Of a stretch of 64,000 nt of DNA, positions 1 to 10,646 are shown one piece after another. Each line of letters starts with the position of its first letter. Within the stretch, counting starts at the first letter, position 1. The notes beneath the pieces are model-generated. The model had not been told where the DNA came from. It saw nothing but the letters and a program-made list of their open reading frames with translations, and searched no databases. A program made the position numbers and the translations under genes. Location of the stretch: assembly GCA_963760795.1 (NCBI GenBank), contig CAVXEP010000019.1, forward strand, positions 96,001 to 160,000, given 5' to 3'. The stretch is from an uncultured delta proteobacterium (GTDB taxonomy: Bacteria > Desulfobacterota > Binatia > UBA9968).

Positions 1-4
1 CGCG

Positions 5-106
5 GTTCAAGGGTTCAAATGTTCAAGGTATTCGGATTCCGGAGGTTCGTACGGTGTGCGAAACTGGAACGAGCCGATTGAACCTTTGAACCTCGAACTT
101 TTGAAA
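5..106. repeat. Inverted pair of GTTCAA/TTGAAC octamer tandem arrays
   Basis: GTTCAA at 5, 13, 21; complementary TTGAAC-like units at 78, 86, 93, 101. Confidence 0.8.
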
Positions 107-167
107 CAAAAGGTGATCGCCGTAAAGAGAAGCTTCTCGGTTGCAACGTTTATCGGAGGCTAAGACA

Positions 168-1235
168 GTGCAAAAATTATTAATCGACGCTGACGGCCAT
201 GTGATGGAGTACGACGAGCTGTGCGATTACATCGAAGAGCCTTATCGCAGCAAGGCGTCGACACGGACGTTAGCGCGGCCGTTTCCGTCGCTGGATTTTC
301 ACCACCTCGGACTGAAGCCGACCAATCCTAAAGCGTTTGGCGGGCCCGGCAAAGTCGGTCCCAAGGAGTGGATCGAGTTCGCCGAATTGGCTGAATTTAA
401 GTATGCCGTCCTCTATCCGACCAATGGACTTGCCTATGGCAACATCAGCAATCCGGACTGGGCGGTCGTCGTGGCGCGGGCCTATAACAATTGGCTCCAC
501 GATCGATATATGAAAGCCAGCCCGAAGCTGAAAGGCATGGCCTTGATTCCGCTGCAGGATGTTTCCGAAGCGGTGACGGAACTGCGCCGTGCCGTCACCG
601 AGTTAGGCATGGTGGGGGCCATGTTGCCGTCACGCGGTTTGCCGTTCGATCTTGGCCACCGCACTTACTGGCCGGTGTACGCCGAGGCGGAAAGGCTCGG
701 TTGTGCGTTAGGCGTGCATGGCGGTTCCCATCACAGTTTGGGTCTCGATTCCTTCGAATCCTTCGTGCCGATTCATGGTCTCGGTCACCCGTTTCAACTG
801 ATGATCGCGTTTACCGGCATGGTGTATCACGGTGTCTTCGATCAATTCCCCGCGCTACGCGTCGGCTTCATGGAAGGCGGCTCGGCGTGGGCGACATTCT
901 GGGCCGATCGTCTGGATCGCTCGCATCATTATTTCGCCGAGTTCAATCCGCGCGGCGCTTATAAAGGTCCGGCGCAGGACAAGCGGCCCAGCGATTATGT
1001 AAGGCGCGATACCATTTTCATCGGCTGTGAGGGCAGTGAGGAGGGCCTCGCCTATCACGTCAATCGCGCCGGCCGGCAGCATTTTCTCTTCGCCAGCGAT
1101 TTCCCCCACGAGATCGGCCCGGAAGATGTTAAACATGAAATCGAAGAAGTCGACGAATGCGCCGGATTGTCGGAAGCGGACAAAGCCGCAATCCTCGGCG
1201 AGAACGCGCGGCGGTTTTATCGATTGGGCGAATAG
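168..1235 (+). CDS. Amidohydrolase-2 family metallohydrolase/decarboxylase
   Basis: IDADGH, VHGG, FMEGG, FASDFPH motifs; GTG start after GGAGG at 155-159. Confidence 0.9.
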   Translation: MQKLLIDADGHVMEYDELCDYIEEPYRSKASTRTLARPFPSLDFHHLGLKPTNPKAFGGPGKVGPKEWIEFAELAEFKYAVLYPTNGLAYGNISNPDWAVVVARAYNNWLHDRYMKASPKLKGMALIPLQDVSEAVTELRRAVTELGMVGAMLPSRGLPFDLGHRTYWPVYAEAERLGCALGVHGGSHHSLGLDSFESFVPIHGLGHPFQLMIAFTGMVYHGVFDQFPALRVGFMEGGSAWATFWADRLDRSHHYFAEFNPRGAYKGPAQDKRPSDYVRRDTIFIGCEGSEEGLAYHVNRAGRQHFLFASDFPHEIGPEDVKHEIEEVDECAGLSEADKAAILGENARRFYRLGE

Positions 1236-1329
1236 TAGGCGCGAGCCGTGAGGCTTGAGGCGCAGTTGAATTTGCATCGTGCAGTCCCGATCCGATCACC
1301 TTGAACTTTTGAACTCTTGAACCTTGAAC
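1236..1329. repeat. GTGAGGC-type heptamer repeats followed by four TTGAAC units
   Basis: aggcgcgagccgtgaggcttgaggcg just after the stop; TTGAAC at 1301, 1309, 1317, 1324. Confidence 0.7.
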
Positions 1330-1360
1330 AGCCGCAAGTCGGCTATGGAGCGAAGCGAAG

Positions 1361-2188
1361 ATGCCTTACGCACAAGCAGGCGATGTAAAACTGCACTACG
1401 AATCCTTCGGCAGCGGCGTGCCGTTTCTGTTTGTCTCCGGCACCGGTTGGCCGGGGGAGCCGTGGAAGTTGCAGCAGGTGCCGGCGTTCAGCGATCGTTA
1501 TCAGGTGATCGTGTACGATCATCGCGGTGTCGGCAAATCGGATGCGCCCAAGGGGCCGTACTCGACGCGGCAGTTCGCCCAGGACGCGATCCAGTTGCTT
1601 GACGCTATCGGCGTTAAAGAGCCGGCGCATATCATCGGCCACTCCATGGGCGGGCGGGTGTGCCAGTGGATGGCCATCGATCATCCGACGCGGGTGCGCA
1701 GTATGATCCAAGCGGCGTCCGGTTCGGGATCAATGGGACTGCCCGACTATCCGCGCGGGTTGACCGTGAATGCGACCGAGAGTTTGATCACGCGCGGCTA
1801 CAAAGAGCATATGTGGCATCACTTTCAGAGCAAGTTTTTTTTCCCGGAAGCGTTTGTCAAAGCCCATCCGGAGGTGCTGACCGAGCTATTCAAAACCTTT
1901 TGGGACAATGCGCCAAAGATCGAGCCTTACTTGGAGCATGTCATCGCGCGCAACCGCCATGAGACCGGCGAATACTTGTCAAAAATGAGCACACCGACGC
2001 TGTGTATCGTCGGCAGCGAGGACAAAGTCGACGCCGACACCGGCAACCATGTGGTCACGACGGAACACCTGCGCGACAACATCAAAGGCGCCGAGATGAA
2101 AGTCATCGACGGCTGCGGTCACGGCTTTTTCTGGCACAAGCCGGAGGAGACCAATCGGATAATCCGGGAATGGGTGGATCGACATTAA
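1361..2188 (+). CDS. Alpha/beta hydrolase
   Basis: YDHRGVGKS, GHSMGG nucleophile elbow, GSED and GHG acid/His. Confidence 0.9.
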   Translation: MPYAQAGDVKLHYESFGSGVPFLFVSGTGWPGEPWKLQQVPAFSDRYQVIVYDHRGVGKSDAPKGPYSTRQFAQDAIQLLDAIGVKEPAHIIGHSMGGRVCQWMAIDHPTRVRSMIQAASGSGSMGLPDYPRGLTVNATESLITRGYKEHMWHHFQSKFFFPEAFVKAHPEVLTELFKTFWDNAPKIEPYLEHVIARNRHETGEYLSKMSTPTLCIVGSEDKVDADTGNHVVTTEHLRDNIKGAEMKVIDGCGHGFFWHKPEETNRIIREWVDRH

Positions 2189-2446
2189 GATTCGTTCGAG
2201 ACGAATGCGGAATGTGAACAGAATCGCGATTGCTTGCAATAACTTTTGAGCGGAATATTTTTGATTGTGCGGGCCGGTGTTTGAAAGTGGGAGTTATCCA
2301 AAGGCATTTTGGTGAGGTCAACGCCCAGCATCAGCTGCGGCGGTAGCGCCAGCAGCCGCCGCCCTGCGTCATCCAACACGGACTGAGGTATCTCGTTTAT
2401 AGAAACGTCAGTGCTCAATTGATTCTTCTTGATCGCTAATTACGCT

Positions 2447-3067
2447 CTAGCCGAGATCCAATACGAAGTCGAAGTTGGCGGTCTTGGCGCCGGCTGAGCC
2501 GCCGAGGGCGACGACGAGTTTGGCATTGAAGATGAAGTCTCTTTTGTTTTCCGGCTCGCCGGGAAAGTAGAGTTGAGTGGTGAGAGCCGGGCGATTGGGC
2601 GCCTGGACTCGCACGTGGAAATGACGCGTGCGTCCGGGATAGACGCCCGGCACGACGGTCTCGAGGCGGTATCTGCCGGCTCCGTCGGCAAACTGGTGGC
2701 CGCGCAGCCTGTAACCGGCGTTGTCGTACGCTCCGCTCCCGTCGGCTTGCCAAAAGTCAACGAGGGCCCCTTGAACCGGCTTGCACTTGGTCGAGCGCAC
2801 CGCGCCTTCAAGAATGATTTTGCTCCCTTGGATGCCCGGTTCAAGCAATGATTTTCGTTCCGGCGAGCGCGGCTTGTAGAAAGGTCCGGCGGTTTGCGGC
2901 GGTGTAATATCGTCGGTATCGGCGCAAGCCGGCGTTGGCTCCATCCCGGCCGTTGCCGCCACGGCATCCAGGCTATCCGCTAGCCGATTAAATAAGACGT
3001 CGGAGACGATTAAAGATGCGGTCAAAAATCCGCGCCGCGATATCGGGAAATCATTTGCCATCTTCAT
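2447..3067 (-). CDS. Intradiol ring-cleavage dioxygenase-like protein with Tat signal
   Basis: SRRGFL twin-arginine motif; GPFY, DFWQADGSGAY, YPGRTRHFH iron-ligand motifs. Confidence 0.85.
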   Translation of the reverse strand: MKMANDFPISRRGFLTASLIVSDVLFNRLADSLDAVAATAGMEPTPACADTDDITPPQTAGPFYKPRSPERKSLLEPGIQGSKIILEGAVRSTKCKPVQGALVDFWQADGSGAYDNAGYRLRGHQFADGAGRYRLETVVPGVYPGRTRHFHVRVQAPNRPALTTQLYFPGEPENKRDFIFNAKLVVALGGSAGAKTANFDFVLDLG

Positions 3068-3195
3068 AGGGTAAACTTTGCACGGCATTGCTTCCGAGGC
3101 AAGACCATTGGTAGTGGCGGATCCTTGGAGTTGACAGCACAGCCGATTCTTGACGATATGGTAGACTAAGACATTGCACTGATCCGGGGGACACC

Positions 3196-4662
3196 ATGTT
3201 CGACAGTTCAAAGATTCAGCCGCATATCGCTTTTACCGACCTGCGCGAGTGGATGGCCGAAGCCGATAAACTCGGTGAACTCAAAACCGTCCGCGGCGCG
3301 TCGTGGCAGGAGGAGATCGGGTTAGCCACGGATGTAGTCGTGCCGCCCGATGACGGGCCGGCGGTGATCTTTGACGATGTTCCCGGTTGCCCGCGGGGCT
3401 TTCGCGTGATCGTCAACGCGTTCGCCGGCAAGCGACGCGCCATGACTTTCGGTTTTCCCCAAGGCTTGACCAAGCAAGAGCTGAGTGACGCCTACTTCGC
3501 GCACTATCAGACCGACGCGAAGCATCTGGCGCCGGTGTTGGTCGACAACGGGCCGGTGTTCGAGAACATCGTCAAGAAAGACGACATCGATATCGAAAAA
3601 TTCCCGACGCCGGTGTGGCATCGCGACGACGGCGGCCGCTACATCGGCACCGGCTGTTATTCCGTGACCATGGACCCGGACGAGAAATGGATCAACGCCG
3701 GCTGCTACCGCGCGATGATTCAAGACAAGAAGTCGGTGAGCCTTTTAATGGTGCCCGGCAAGCATGGCTACATGCACCGGCAAAAATATTTCCGCAAAGG
3801 CGAGCGCATGCCGATCGCGCTGGTGCTGGGCGGCGATCCGCTGTTTTTCTTCATGGCCGGCACCGAACATCCCTACGGCGTGTGCGAGTACGACGTGGTC
3901 GGCGGCATGCGCCGCAAGCCGGTGGAAGTGGTGCGCGGCAAGATCACCGGTCTGCCGTTTCCGGCCAACTCGGAAATTGTTTTCGAAGGATTTCTCAATA
4001 ACGACAACCGCAAGTTCGAAGGGCCCTTCGGCGAGTGGACCGGCTACTACGCTTCGGACGAGAGCGCGCAGCCAGTGCTCGAAATCGAGGCGATCTATCA
4101 CCGCAACGATCCGATTATTCTCGGCGTGCCGCCGATCGGCGGCGGCTCGGACGAAATGGCGCGCTACCGCGCGATCATGCGCTCGGCGATGCTCAAGAAC
4201 GAACTGCGCAGCGCCGGCGTCCCCGATGTGACGCAAGTGTGGCCGCACGAGATCGGCGCATCGCGCATGCTGGTGGCGCTGGCGATCAAGCAGCGCTATC
4301 CCGGCCATGCCAAACAAGTGGCGACCCTGGCGTCGAGCTGCGGCTCCAGCGTCTACGGCTTGAAGATGGTCATCGTCGTCGACGACGATATCGATGTGTC
4401 CAATTTAGACCAGCTCATGTGGGCGACCTTGTCGCGCTACGATCCGGAAACTTCCGTCGAGATCGTCAAGCGCATGCGCAGCACGCCCGCCGATCCGCGC
4501 TTGACGCCGGACCAGCGCAAGATTCGCGACTTTACCAATTCGCGCATGATCATCGACGCCACCCGCCCCTTCGAGTGGGGCGACAAGTTCCCCAAGGTGA
4601 ACGCGCCGGGCCAGGAAGTGGTGCGCAAGGCGAGAGAGATGTTCGGCTATCTGCTGAAATGA
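3196..4662 (+). CDS. UbiD-family prFMN-dependent decarboxylase
   Basis: DGGRYIGT, EGPFGEWTGYY, VVDDDID motifs; 488 aa. Confidence 0.92.
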   Translation: MFDSSKIQPHIAFTDLREWMAEADKLGELKTVRGASWQEEIGLATDVVVPPDDGPAVIFDDVPGCPRGFRVIVNAFAGKRRAMTFGFPQGLTKQELSDAYFAHYQTDAKHLAPVLVDNGPVFENIVKKDDIDIEKFPTPVWHRDDGGRYIGTGCYSVTMDPDEKWINAGCYRAMIQDKKSVSLLMVPGKHGYMHRQKYFRKGERMPIALVLGGDPLFFFMAGTEHPYGVCEYDVVGGMRRKPVEVVRGKITGLPFPANSEIVFEGFLNNDNRKFEGPFGEWTGYYASDESAQPVLEIEAIYHRNDPIILGVPPIGGGSDEMARYRAIMRSAMLKNELRSAGVPDVTQVWPHEIGASRMLVALAIKQRYPGHAKQVATLASSCGSSVYGLKMVIVVDDDIDVSNLDQLMWATLSRYDPETSVEIVKRMRSTPADPRLTPDQRKIRDFTNSRMIIDATRPFEWGDKFPKVNAPGQEVVRKAREMFGYLLK

Positions 4663-4683
4663 CCGTGAAATACTCGGATGATT

Positions 4684-4780
4684 AACCGCAAAGTACGCAA
4701 AGAAATCACATCCAAGGGACGGCTATCACCTGCGCTTAATCTGGTTTCCGGCTTTGCGTTCTGCTGCGTACTTTGCGGTT
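4684..4780. repeat. Element with 16-bp terminal inverted repeats (CGCAAAG-type units) between convergent genes
   Basis: aaccgcaaagtacgca (4684-4699) and tgcgtactttgcggtt (4765-4780) are exact reverse complements. Confidence 0.8.
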
Positions 4781-4815
4781 GAAGGGGCAATCGGCGAATC
4801 GCCGTCACGAGTTCC

Positions 4816-5577
4816 TTACCACATCACCTGGCCGCCGTTGGGTTGGATCAACTGGCCGGTGATAAACGCCGCGCGGTCGCTGAGCAGGAAATCCACCACG
4901 GCGGCGACTTCCTCCGGTTGACCCAATCTTTTTATCGGTAAGCGGCCCTCGAATGTGCGCCGGGCGGTTTCGAACTCTTCTTGGGTGCGATTGGCGCGCA
5001 AGAGCGGCGTGTCGATGGGGCCGGGACCGATGGCGTTGACGCGAATATGCGGCGCGAATTCCAGCGCCAGCGATTTGGTCAACGAATAAAGCGCGGTCTT
5101 GGCGGCGCAGTAGTTGGCGGCATTGGCCACGCCAATTATGGCGAAATCCGAAGAGGTGATGACGATGGCGCCGGCTTGTCTCGGCACCATATGGCGCAGC
5201 ACCGCTTGGCAGAAATTGAAAGTCCCGGTGACATGGGTGTCGATGAGCAGCGACCACTGTGCCAGCGTCATGTCGGCGACCATGGCGCGGGCGTTGACGC
5301 CGGCGTTGCTGAACAGACAATCGATCTGGCCGTATTTCTCGATCACCTGGGCGATCCACGCGATTACTTGCGCTTGATCGCGCACGTCGACAACGCCGGT
5401 AAATACACTGCCTGCCTCGGCGCGAATTCGCTCGGCCGTGGCGTTGACCGCGTCGGCATTCAAATCGCAAATACAGACTCGATCGCCATTGCGCGCCAAC
5501 CGCAGTGCGGTCGCCTGTCCGATGCCGCTGCCGCCGCCGGTGATGACGGTGACGCGCGAATTGGCCGCGGCTACCAT
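4816..5577 (-). CDS. Short-chain dehydrogenase/reductase
   Basis: TGGGSGIG, NAG, YCAAK, RVNAIGPG. Confidence 0.92.
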   Translation of the reverse strand: MVAAANSRVTVITGGGSGIGQATALRLARNGDRVCICDLNADAVNATAERIRAEAGSVFTGVVDVRDQAQVIAWIAQVIEKYGQIDCLFSNAGVNARAMVADMTLAQWSLLIDTHVTGTFNFCQAVLRHMVPRQAGAIVITSSDFAIIGVANAANYCAAKTALYSLTKSLALEFAPHIRVNAIGPGPIDTPLLRANRTQEEFETARRTFEGRLPIKRLGQPEEVAAVVDFLLSDRAAFITGQLIQPNGGQVMW

Positions 5578-6293
5578 AGAGTCGACCCTCCGTTGACGCG
5601 CAGATCTTGGCCGACGATGTAGGAGCTGTCGTCGCTCAACAAAAACAGACAGGCTTCGACCATGTCCTGGACGTCGCCGATGCGGCCGAGCGGGATATGA
5701 TTCTTGCGCGACTGCATGTATTCGTCCGACACCACGGCGCGCGGCATCGCGGTATCGGTGATCACCGGCGAGATCGCGTTGACGCGGATGTTGTCGGCGG
5801 CGGCTTCGACGGCGAGGGCGCGGGCGAGGCCGAGTATGCCGCCTTTGGATGCCGCGTAGTGGGCGACATTTTTGCCGCCGGTGCGCGCGGCCATGGAGGA
5901 GAAGAGGACGATGCGGCCGAACTGGCGCGGGGTCATGTATTTCAACGCCGCGCGGCAGGAGAGAAACATGCCGGTTAAATTAATTTGCAGCGTTTGGCGC
6001 CAAGCGTCGAGACTGAGTTCGAGAAAGGGTTGCGGCCGGTAAATGCCGGCGCAGCAGATTAAATAATCGATGGCGCCATGCTCGGCGCCGATGGCGTCGA
6101 TTATTCGATTGACCGAAGCTTCATCGCCGACATCGACGGCATGGAAGCGCGTGTCGTCAGCGCCTGGATTGACATCGAGGACATGGACAACGGCGCCTTC
6201 GGCGGTTAAACGTATCGCGATCGCGCCGCCGATGCCGCCGCTGCCTCCGGTGATGACCGCGATGCGGCCGTGATGTTCATTAGCATTGGCCAT
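5571..6293 (-). CDS. Short-chain dehydrogenase/reductase, tandem with the previous gene
   Basis: TGGSGGIG, YAASK, RVNAISP. Confidence 0.92.
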   Translation of the reverse strand: MANANEHHGRIAVITGGSGGIGGAIAIRLTAEGAVVHVLDVNPGADDTRFHAVDVGDEASVNRIIDAIGAEHGAIDYLICCAGIYRPQPFLELSLDAWRQTLQINLTGMFLSCRAALKYMTPRQFGRIVLFSSMAARTGGKNVAHYAASKGGILGLARALAVEAAADNIRVNAISPVITDTAMPRAVVSDEYMQSRKNHIPLGRIGDVQDMVEACLFLLSDDSSYIVGQDLRVNGGSTLW

Positions 6294-6327
6294 GGTGGTT
6301 TGCTCTTGCGATTGTCAGCATTCTATC

Positions 6328-6353
6328 AGGGCGGGTTTAAAACCCGCCCCTAC
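6328..6353 (-). repeat. GTAG-type REP hairpin
   Basis: Minus strand gtaggggcgggttttaaacccgccct. Confidence 0.7.
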
Positions 6354-6384
6354 GGTTTTGCAGATTTTTATGCCGTCGAAATTG

Positions 6385-7416
6385 TCACCGGATTATTTCA
6401 GCAGTATGTCTTTGAGCTTTTCGCACCAGCGCTTTGTCGAGTTGATAAACCCGCGCTACGACTTTCTCCAACTCCTCTCCGCTGAGCGGGTTCATGTCGA
6501 GACGGGCGCGGCGCGCGTCGGCGATAAACTCCGGATCTTTGTAGGTGTCGGTTAGTCCTTTGCGCAGTAGCAGGACCCGATCTTTCGGGGTTTTGGGCGG
6601 CAATGCGTAGGGCCGGGCGATGGCGCTGTAGTCGAAGATGCCGGTCTGCACCAGTTTGCGATCATCGTCATTCTTGACGAAATCATGGATCGCCGGAACG
6701 TTGGGTAGTTCGGGATGGCGCTGGGGCAGTGTCTGCAGCAGCATGAGCACCGAACCGGATTCGATCTCTTTGCTCCAGCCCGATTTATACGACTCCCATG
6801 AATTGGTCACGCCGTGGAGTTCGCCGGCGGCCATCGCCAGGCGGATGTCGGCGGTGCCTTTGTAACCGGAGATCAGTTGAATCGGCACACCGACGGTGGC
6901 GCGCACGACTTTGGGGACATCGTCGGTGCCCGCGCCGGGGCCGACACCGCCAAATTTTAGCGTCGTCTTGGTCGCGAGCCATTGTTCGACGCTGGTGATG
7001 CCGGCGGCCTTGGTGACGCCGAGCACCAGCGAGTCCTGTGCCGGCACGCCCAGGTATTCGAATTTCTGTCCCTCGAACTCGATGCCCGGTTTGCCCATGA
7101 CCTGTTGCAGCATCAGGCCGCCGATGAAGTGGCCGATGGTGAGGCCGTCCGGCTTGGCGATCTTGTAGGTGTAATTGGCGGCGATCAAACTGCCGGCGCC
7201 GGTCATGTTTTCAACCACGAAGCTGGGATTGCCGGGAATATGCTTGCCCAGGTGGCGCGCGATGGTGCGCGTGTAGGTATCGTAGCCGCCGCCGGCCGAG
7301 CCGCCGACCAGGATGCGCACGGTCTTGCCTTTATAGAACGACTCCTGAGCAGCGGCCTGGACGGAGAACCACAGTCCCAGCGCGGCGGCAATCGTACACA
7401 AGGAAAATTTTCTCAT
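6385..7416 (-). CDS. Bug/TctC tripartite tricarboxylate transporter substrate-binding protein (3' end probably frameshifted)
   Basis: Signal peptide; FYKGKTVRILVG, GGGYD, VENMTGAGS, GYKGTAD. Confidence 0.88.
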   Translation of the reverse strand: MRKFSLCTIAAALGLWFSVQAAAQESFYKGKTVRILVGGSAGGGYDTYTRTIARHLGKHIPGNPSFVVENMTGAGSLIAANYTYKIAKPDGLTIGHFIGGLMLQQVMGKPGIEFEGQKFEYLGVPAQDSLVLGVTKAAGITSVEQWLATKTTLKFGGVGPGAGTDDVPKVVRATVGVPIQLISGYKGTADIRLAMAAGELHGVTNSWESYKSGWSKEIESGSVLMLLQTLPQRHPELPNVPAIHDFVKNDDDRKLVQTGIFDYSAIARPYALPPKTPKDRVLLLRKGLTDTYKDPEFIADARRARLDMNPLSGEELEKVVARVYQLDKALVRKAQRHTAEIIR

Positions 7417-7536
7417 CGGCAAATCTCCCTTCCCCATTTACCTCAAGCGCTGGGCGATAGATAGCAAAAATTCACCGTGTTGCAACTTGAATCGCGATGC
7501 CATTGTGGACCATTATTTCGCCGGGAGGGGCTTCAC

Positions 7537-8522
7537 ATGCAATACCGTTATCTCGGCAAAGATCGTTTGAAAGTTTCCGCCATCGGCTATGGCTGTCCGC
7601 CGTTTCAAGGCAAGTTGAGCGACGCCGACGAACGCCAGGCGATCGCCGTGCTCGATCGCGCCATCGATATCGGCATGAACTTCATCGACACCGCCGATCA
7701 CAACAACGGCAACAACGAAGAGATCCTCGCCAAGGTGTTAAAAGGCCGGCGCGGCGATGTCGTGCTGACCGCAAATTCGGCAATCTGCGCGGCCAGCCTT
7801 GGGCGGAAGGCAGAGAAGTCGAAGGCAAGCCGGAGTATGTGGCGTGGGCGTGCGACAACTCGTTGCGCCGGCTGCAAACCGATTACATCGATCTCTACTA
7901 TCTTCATCGCGTCGATCCCAAAGTGCCGATCGAAGAAACCGTCGGCGCGATGAAGCGGTTGGTCGAGCAAGGCAAAGTGCGCCAGCTCGGCTTGAGCGAA
8001 GCCGGGCCCGAGACCCTGCGGCGCGCCAACGCGGTGCATCCGATCGCGGCGGTGCAAAGCGAGTATTCGCTGTGGACGCGCGATTACGAAAGCAACACCA
8101 TTCCGGTTTGCCGCGAATTGGGCGTCGGCTATGTCGCCTACTATGCATTGGGACGAGGATTCTTAAGCGGCAAGTGGAACGACTTCGCCGACCTCGGCGA
8201 GAAGGAAGCCAAGCGGCGCGGGCCGCGCTTCCACGCCGAGAATTTTCAACACAATGTCAGTCTGCTCAAACAACTGGAGGCGATAGCGAGCGTGAAGAAA
8301 TGCACGGTGGCGCAGTTGGCGCTGGCATGGATTCTTCATCAGGGTGATTTCTTCGTGCCGATCCCCGGCACGTACAAGATCGCCAATCTTGAAGCTAACG
8401 CGGCCGCGGCGGATATTTCGTTGACGGCGAAAGAGTTGGCGGCGATCGATCGGATCTTTCCGTTGGGCGCGGCCGCGGGCGGGCGGCATGATTATGATCG
8501 ATCTAAAGAATTGAACATCTGA
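7537..8522 (+). CDS. Aldo/keto reductase, split by a frameshift near 7770
   Basis: [16 protein letters not shown] in one frame; [33 protein letters not shown] in the next. Confidence 0.88.
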
Positions 8523-8527
8523 AGATT

Positions 8528-8613
8528 CGTTCAAAACGTTCAAGCCGTTCAAATCGTTCAAAACGTTTCGGACAAGACGCGGTTCAATGTAGGGGCGACC
8601 GGCGGTCGCCCTT
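8528..8613 (+). repeat. CGTTCAA 9-mer tandem array followed by GTAG REP hairpin
   Basis: CGTTCAA at 8528, 8537, 8546, 8555; gtaggggcgaccggcggtcgccctt at 8589-8613. Confidence 0.8.
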
Positions 8614-8637
8614 CCCAGATTTCGAAAGGGGATAGAC

Positions 8638-9553
8638 ATGCGAGTCTTGATTACCGGTTGTGGTTTGATTGGTGCCTACACGGCGAAAGAGTTGGTCGAA
8701 CGCGGCGATGAAGTGACATTCTTCGACCTGCAACCGAATCTTTCTTACCTGCAAAAAGTTCTCGGCCGGGAGCTGCCGATTATTCGCGGCGATATTCGCG
8801 AGCTGCCGGCGCTGATCGAAGCGATGCAACGCACGCGCGCCGAAGTAGTGTTTCATAGCGCCGGATTGCAGGGTAACCGGACACCGTATTTCGGCTTTCA
8901 AGTGAATCTCATCGGTACGTTAAATGTCGCCGAGGCGGTGCGACTCACCGGTGTGCGCCGGTTGATTCACGCCAGCAGCCAGGGTGTTTACGATCTCACC
9001 GATCCGCCGGTGCCGATTCACGAAGAGGCGCGGCGCGACGGCGGCGCGCGCGTCTATCAGGGCGGTAAAGCCGCCTGCGAGGAAGTGCTGACGGCTTACG
9101 CCGCGACTTACAAGTTCGAGCTGGCGCTGCCGCGCTTCGCATCGGTCTACGGCTACGGTCCCTACACCGGCGGCGGCAACGTCGGCATGGACATGTACGC
9201 CATGTTGCAAGCGGCGCTGGCCGGTAAGCCCGCGCCGATGGGGCCGGGGATCGCGGACGCCAACGATTTCGTCTACGCGAAAGATATCGCCCAGGGCCTG
9301 CGTTTGATCACCAGCGCGGCGAGCTTGCCGCACCAAGCGTATAATCTCGGCACCGGCGTCGCCGCGACGATCGCGGATATTCAACGCGGCCTGCAAAAAG
9401 TTCTCGGCGACGTGCGCTTTACGCGCGAAGTCGTCGTCACGGCCGCGGCCGGCGTTGGATATTTCGCGGGCACGGGCTGAGTTAGGCTATGAGCCGAAGT
9501 TCGATGTTGAGGCGGGGCTCAAGGACTTTATCGAAGAGATGCAGCGGCAATAA
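8638..9553 (+). CDS. NAD-dependent epimerase/dehydratase (extended SDR), frameshift near 9440
   Basis: TGCGLIG, YQGGK; alternative frame continues LDISRARAELGYEPKFDVEAGL to stop at 9553. Confidence 0.85.
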
Positions 9554-9556
9554 GCG

Positions 9557-9620
9557 GTTCCAATAGTTCCAGTTGTTCCAACGGTTCCAATTGTCGGAAT
9601 CGTTCAAGGTTCAAAATTCA
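9557..9620 (+). repeat. GTTCCA/GTTCAA tandem array
   Basis: GTTCCA at 9557, 9566, 9575, 9584; GTTCAA at 9602, 9609. Confidence 0.75.
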
Positions 9621-9677
9621 GAGGAACTACCGTAGATGGAATCGCAAACTAATGTATGTTATAAGATACACTAGGCC

Positions 9678-9967
9678 ATGATAGAAATAAGCCAAACCGA
9701 GGTGTACGCACGTTGGTTTATGGCTTACGCGATCGGCGAGCCCGGGTCCGTATCGATATTAGAATTCGTCGTTTATCTCTAGGCAATCCCGGTGATGTCA
9801 GGCCAGTTGGAGGAGGCGTATCGGAGCTGCGAATCGATTATGGACCTGGGTATCGGGTTTACTTTGTGCAACGCGGAGCCTCGCTGATTATCTTGCTCGC
9901 TGGCGGCGACAAAAAGACCCAGGACCAAGATATTCAGAAAGCTATAAAGATGGCACGGGACCTATAG
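9678..9967 (+). CDS. RelE/ParE-superfamily addiction module killer toxin, frameshift near 9720
   Basis: MIEISQTEVYARWF joined to LRDRRAR...GNPGD...VSELRIDYGPGYRVYF...LLAGGDK. Confidence 0.88.
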
Positions 9968-9976
9968 GAGATTACT

Positions 9977-10270
9977 ATGGCGAAAGTTAAAACTAGACGT
10001 TGGGACCCGTCGGAACATTTGGAATCGGACGAAGACATGGCAGCGTACTTAGAAGCTGCGCTTGAAGACGGCGATCCGGCGCTGATAGCTGCGGCATTGG
10101 GGGATATCGCGCGGGCACAAGGCATGAGTGCAATCGCGCGAAAAACTGGCCTCGGTCGCGAGAGCCTGTACAAAGCATTGTCGCCCGACGGTAACCCAGA
10201 GTTTTCGACGGTACTCAAAGTTGTGCGTGCGCTTGGCCTGCGGTTACACGCGACGTCGGTGGATGCGTGA
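9977..10270 (+). CDS. Addiction module antidote protein (HTH, HI1420-like)
   Basis: WDPSEHL, AALGDIARAQGM, GLGRESLYKALS, GNPEFSTV; directly after the toxin. Confidence 0.9.
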   Translation: MAKVKTRRWDPSEHLESDEDMAAYLEAALEDGDPALIAAALGDIARAQGMSAIARKTGLGRESLYKALSPDGNPEFSTVLKVVRALGLRLHATSVDA

Positions 10271-10646
10271 ACGCCGTCGTAGGTTTTGCATTGCGATGAA
10301 TTGTAAGACTGGCCCCAACTCCATGTCTCTTTCGGACAGCGCCTACACTGACGCGAACGATGTACTGGTGGAGCAGTGCCCATTAGCAAAGCTGCCTAAG
10401 CGCACGCCGTAATCGAATCTGACCCGGCAGACTATATCGCGAAGACGACAGGTGTTGTAAGGTGATTTGCCGCGTAAGACTGATGCAGAGCTGCCGACTC
10501 AGCACCCGCGCAAGTAAGCACCGTCGAAGTCGCATTGTACAATTCTCACAACCCTAGAATTCGCCGGCGTAAGTAAGGCACTCGGTGCCACGAGACTGCT
10601 TGCAATGGATTCCGCCCTAGTCATGCGTTATTGTTTTGATCCATAA

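Noticed and set aside
2185-2418. 77-aa minus-strand ORF between convergent genes
   Set aside because: No recognisable motif or clear RBS; cannot be supported.
8528-8613. GTTCAA/TTGAAC arrays as CRISPR repeats
   Set aside because: Period is 7-9 bp with no 25-40 bp spacers, and there are no cas genes.
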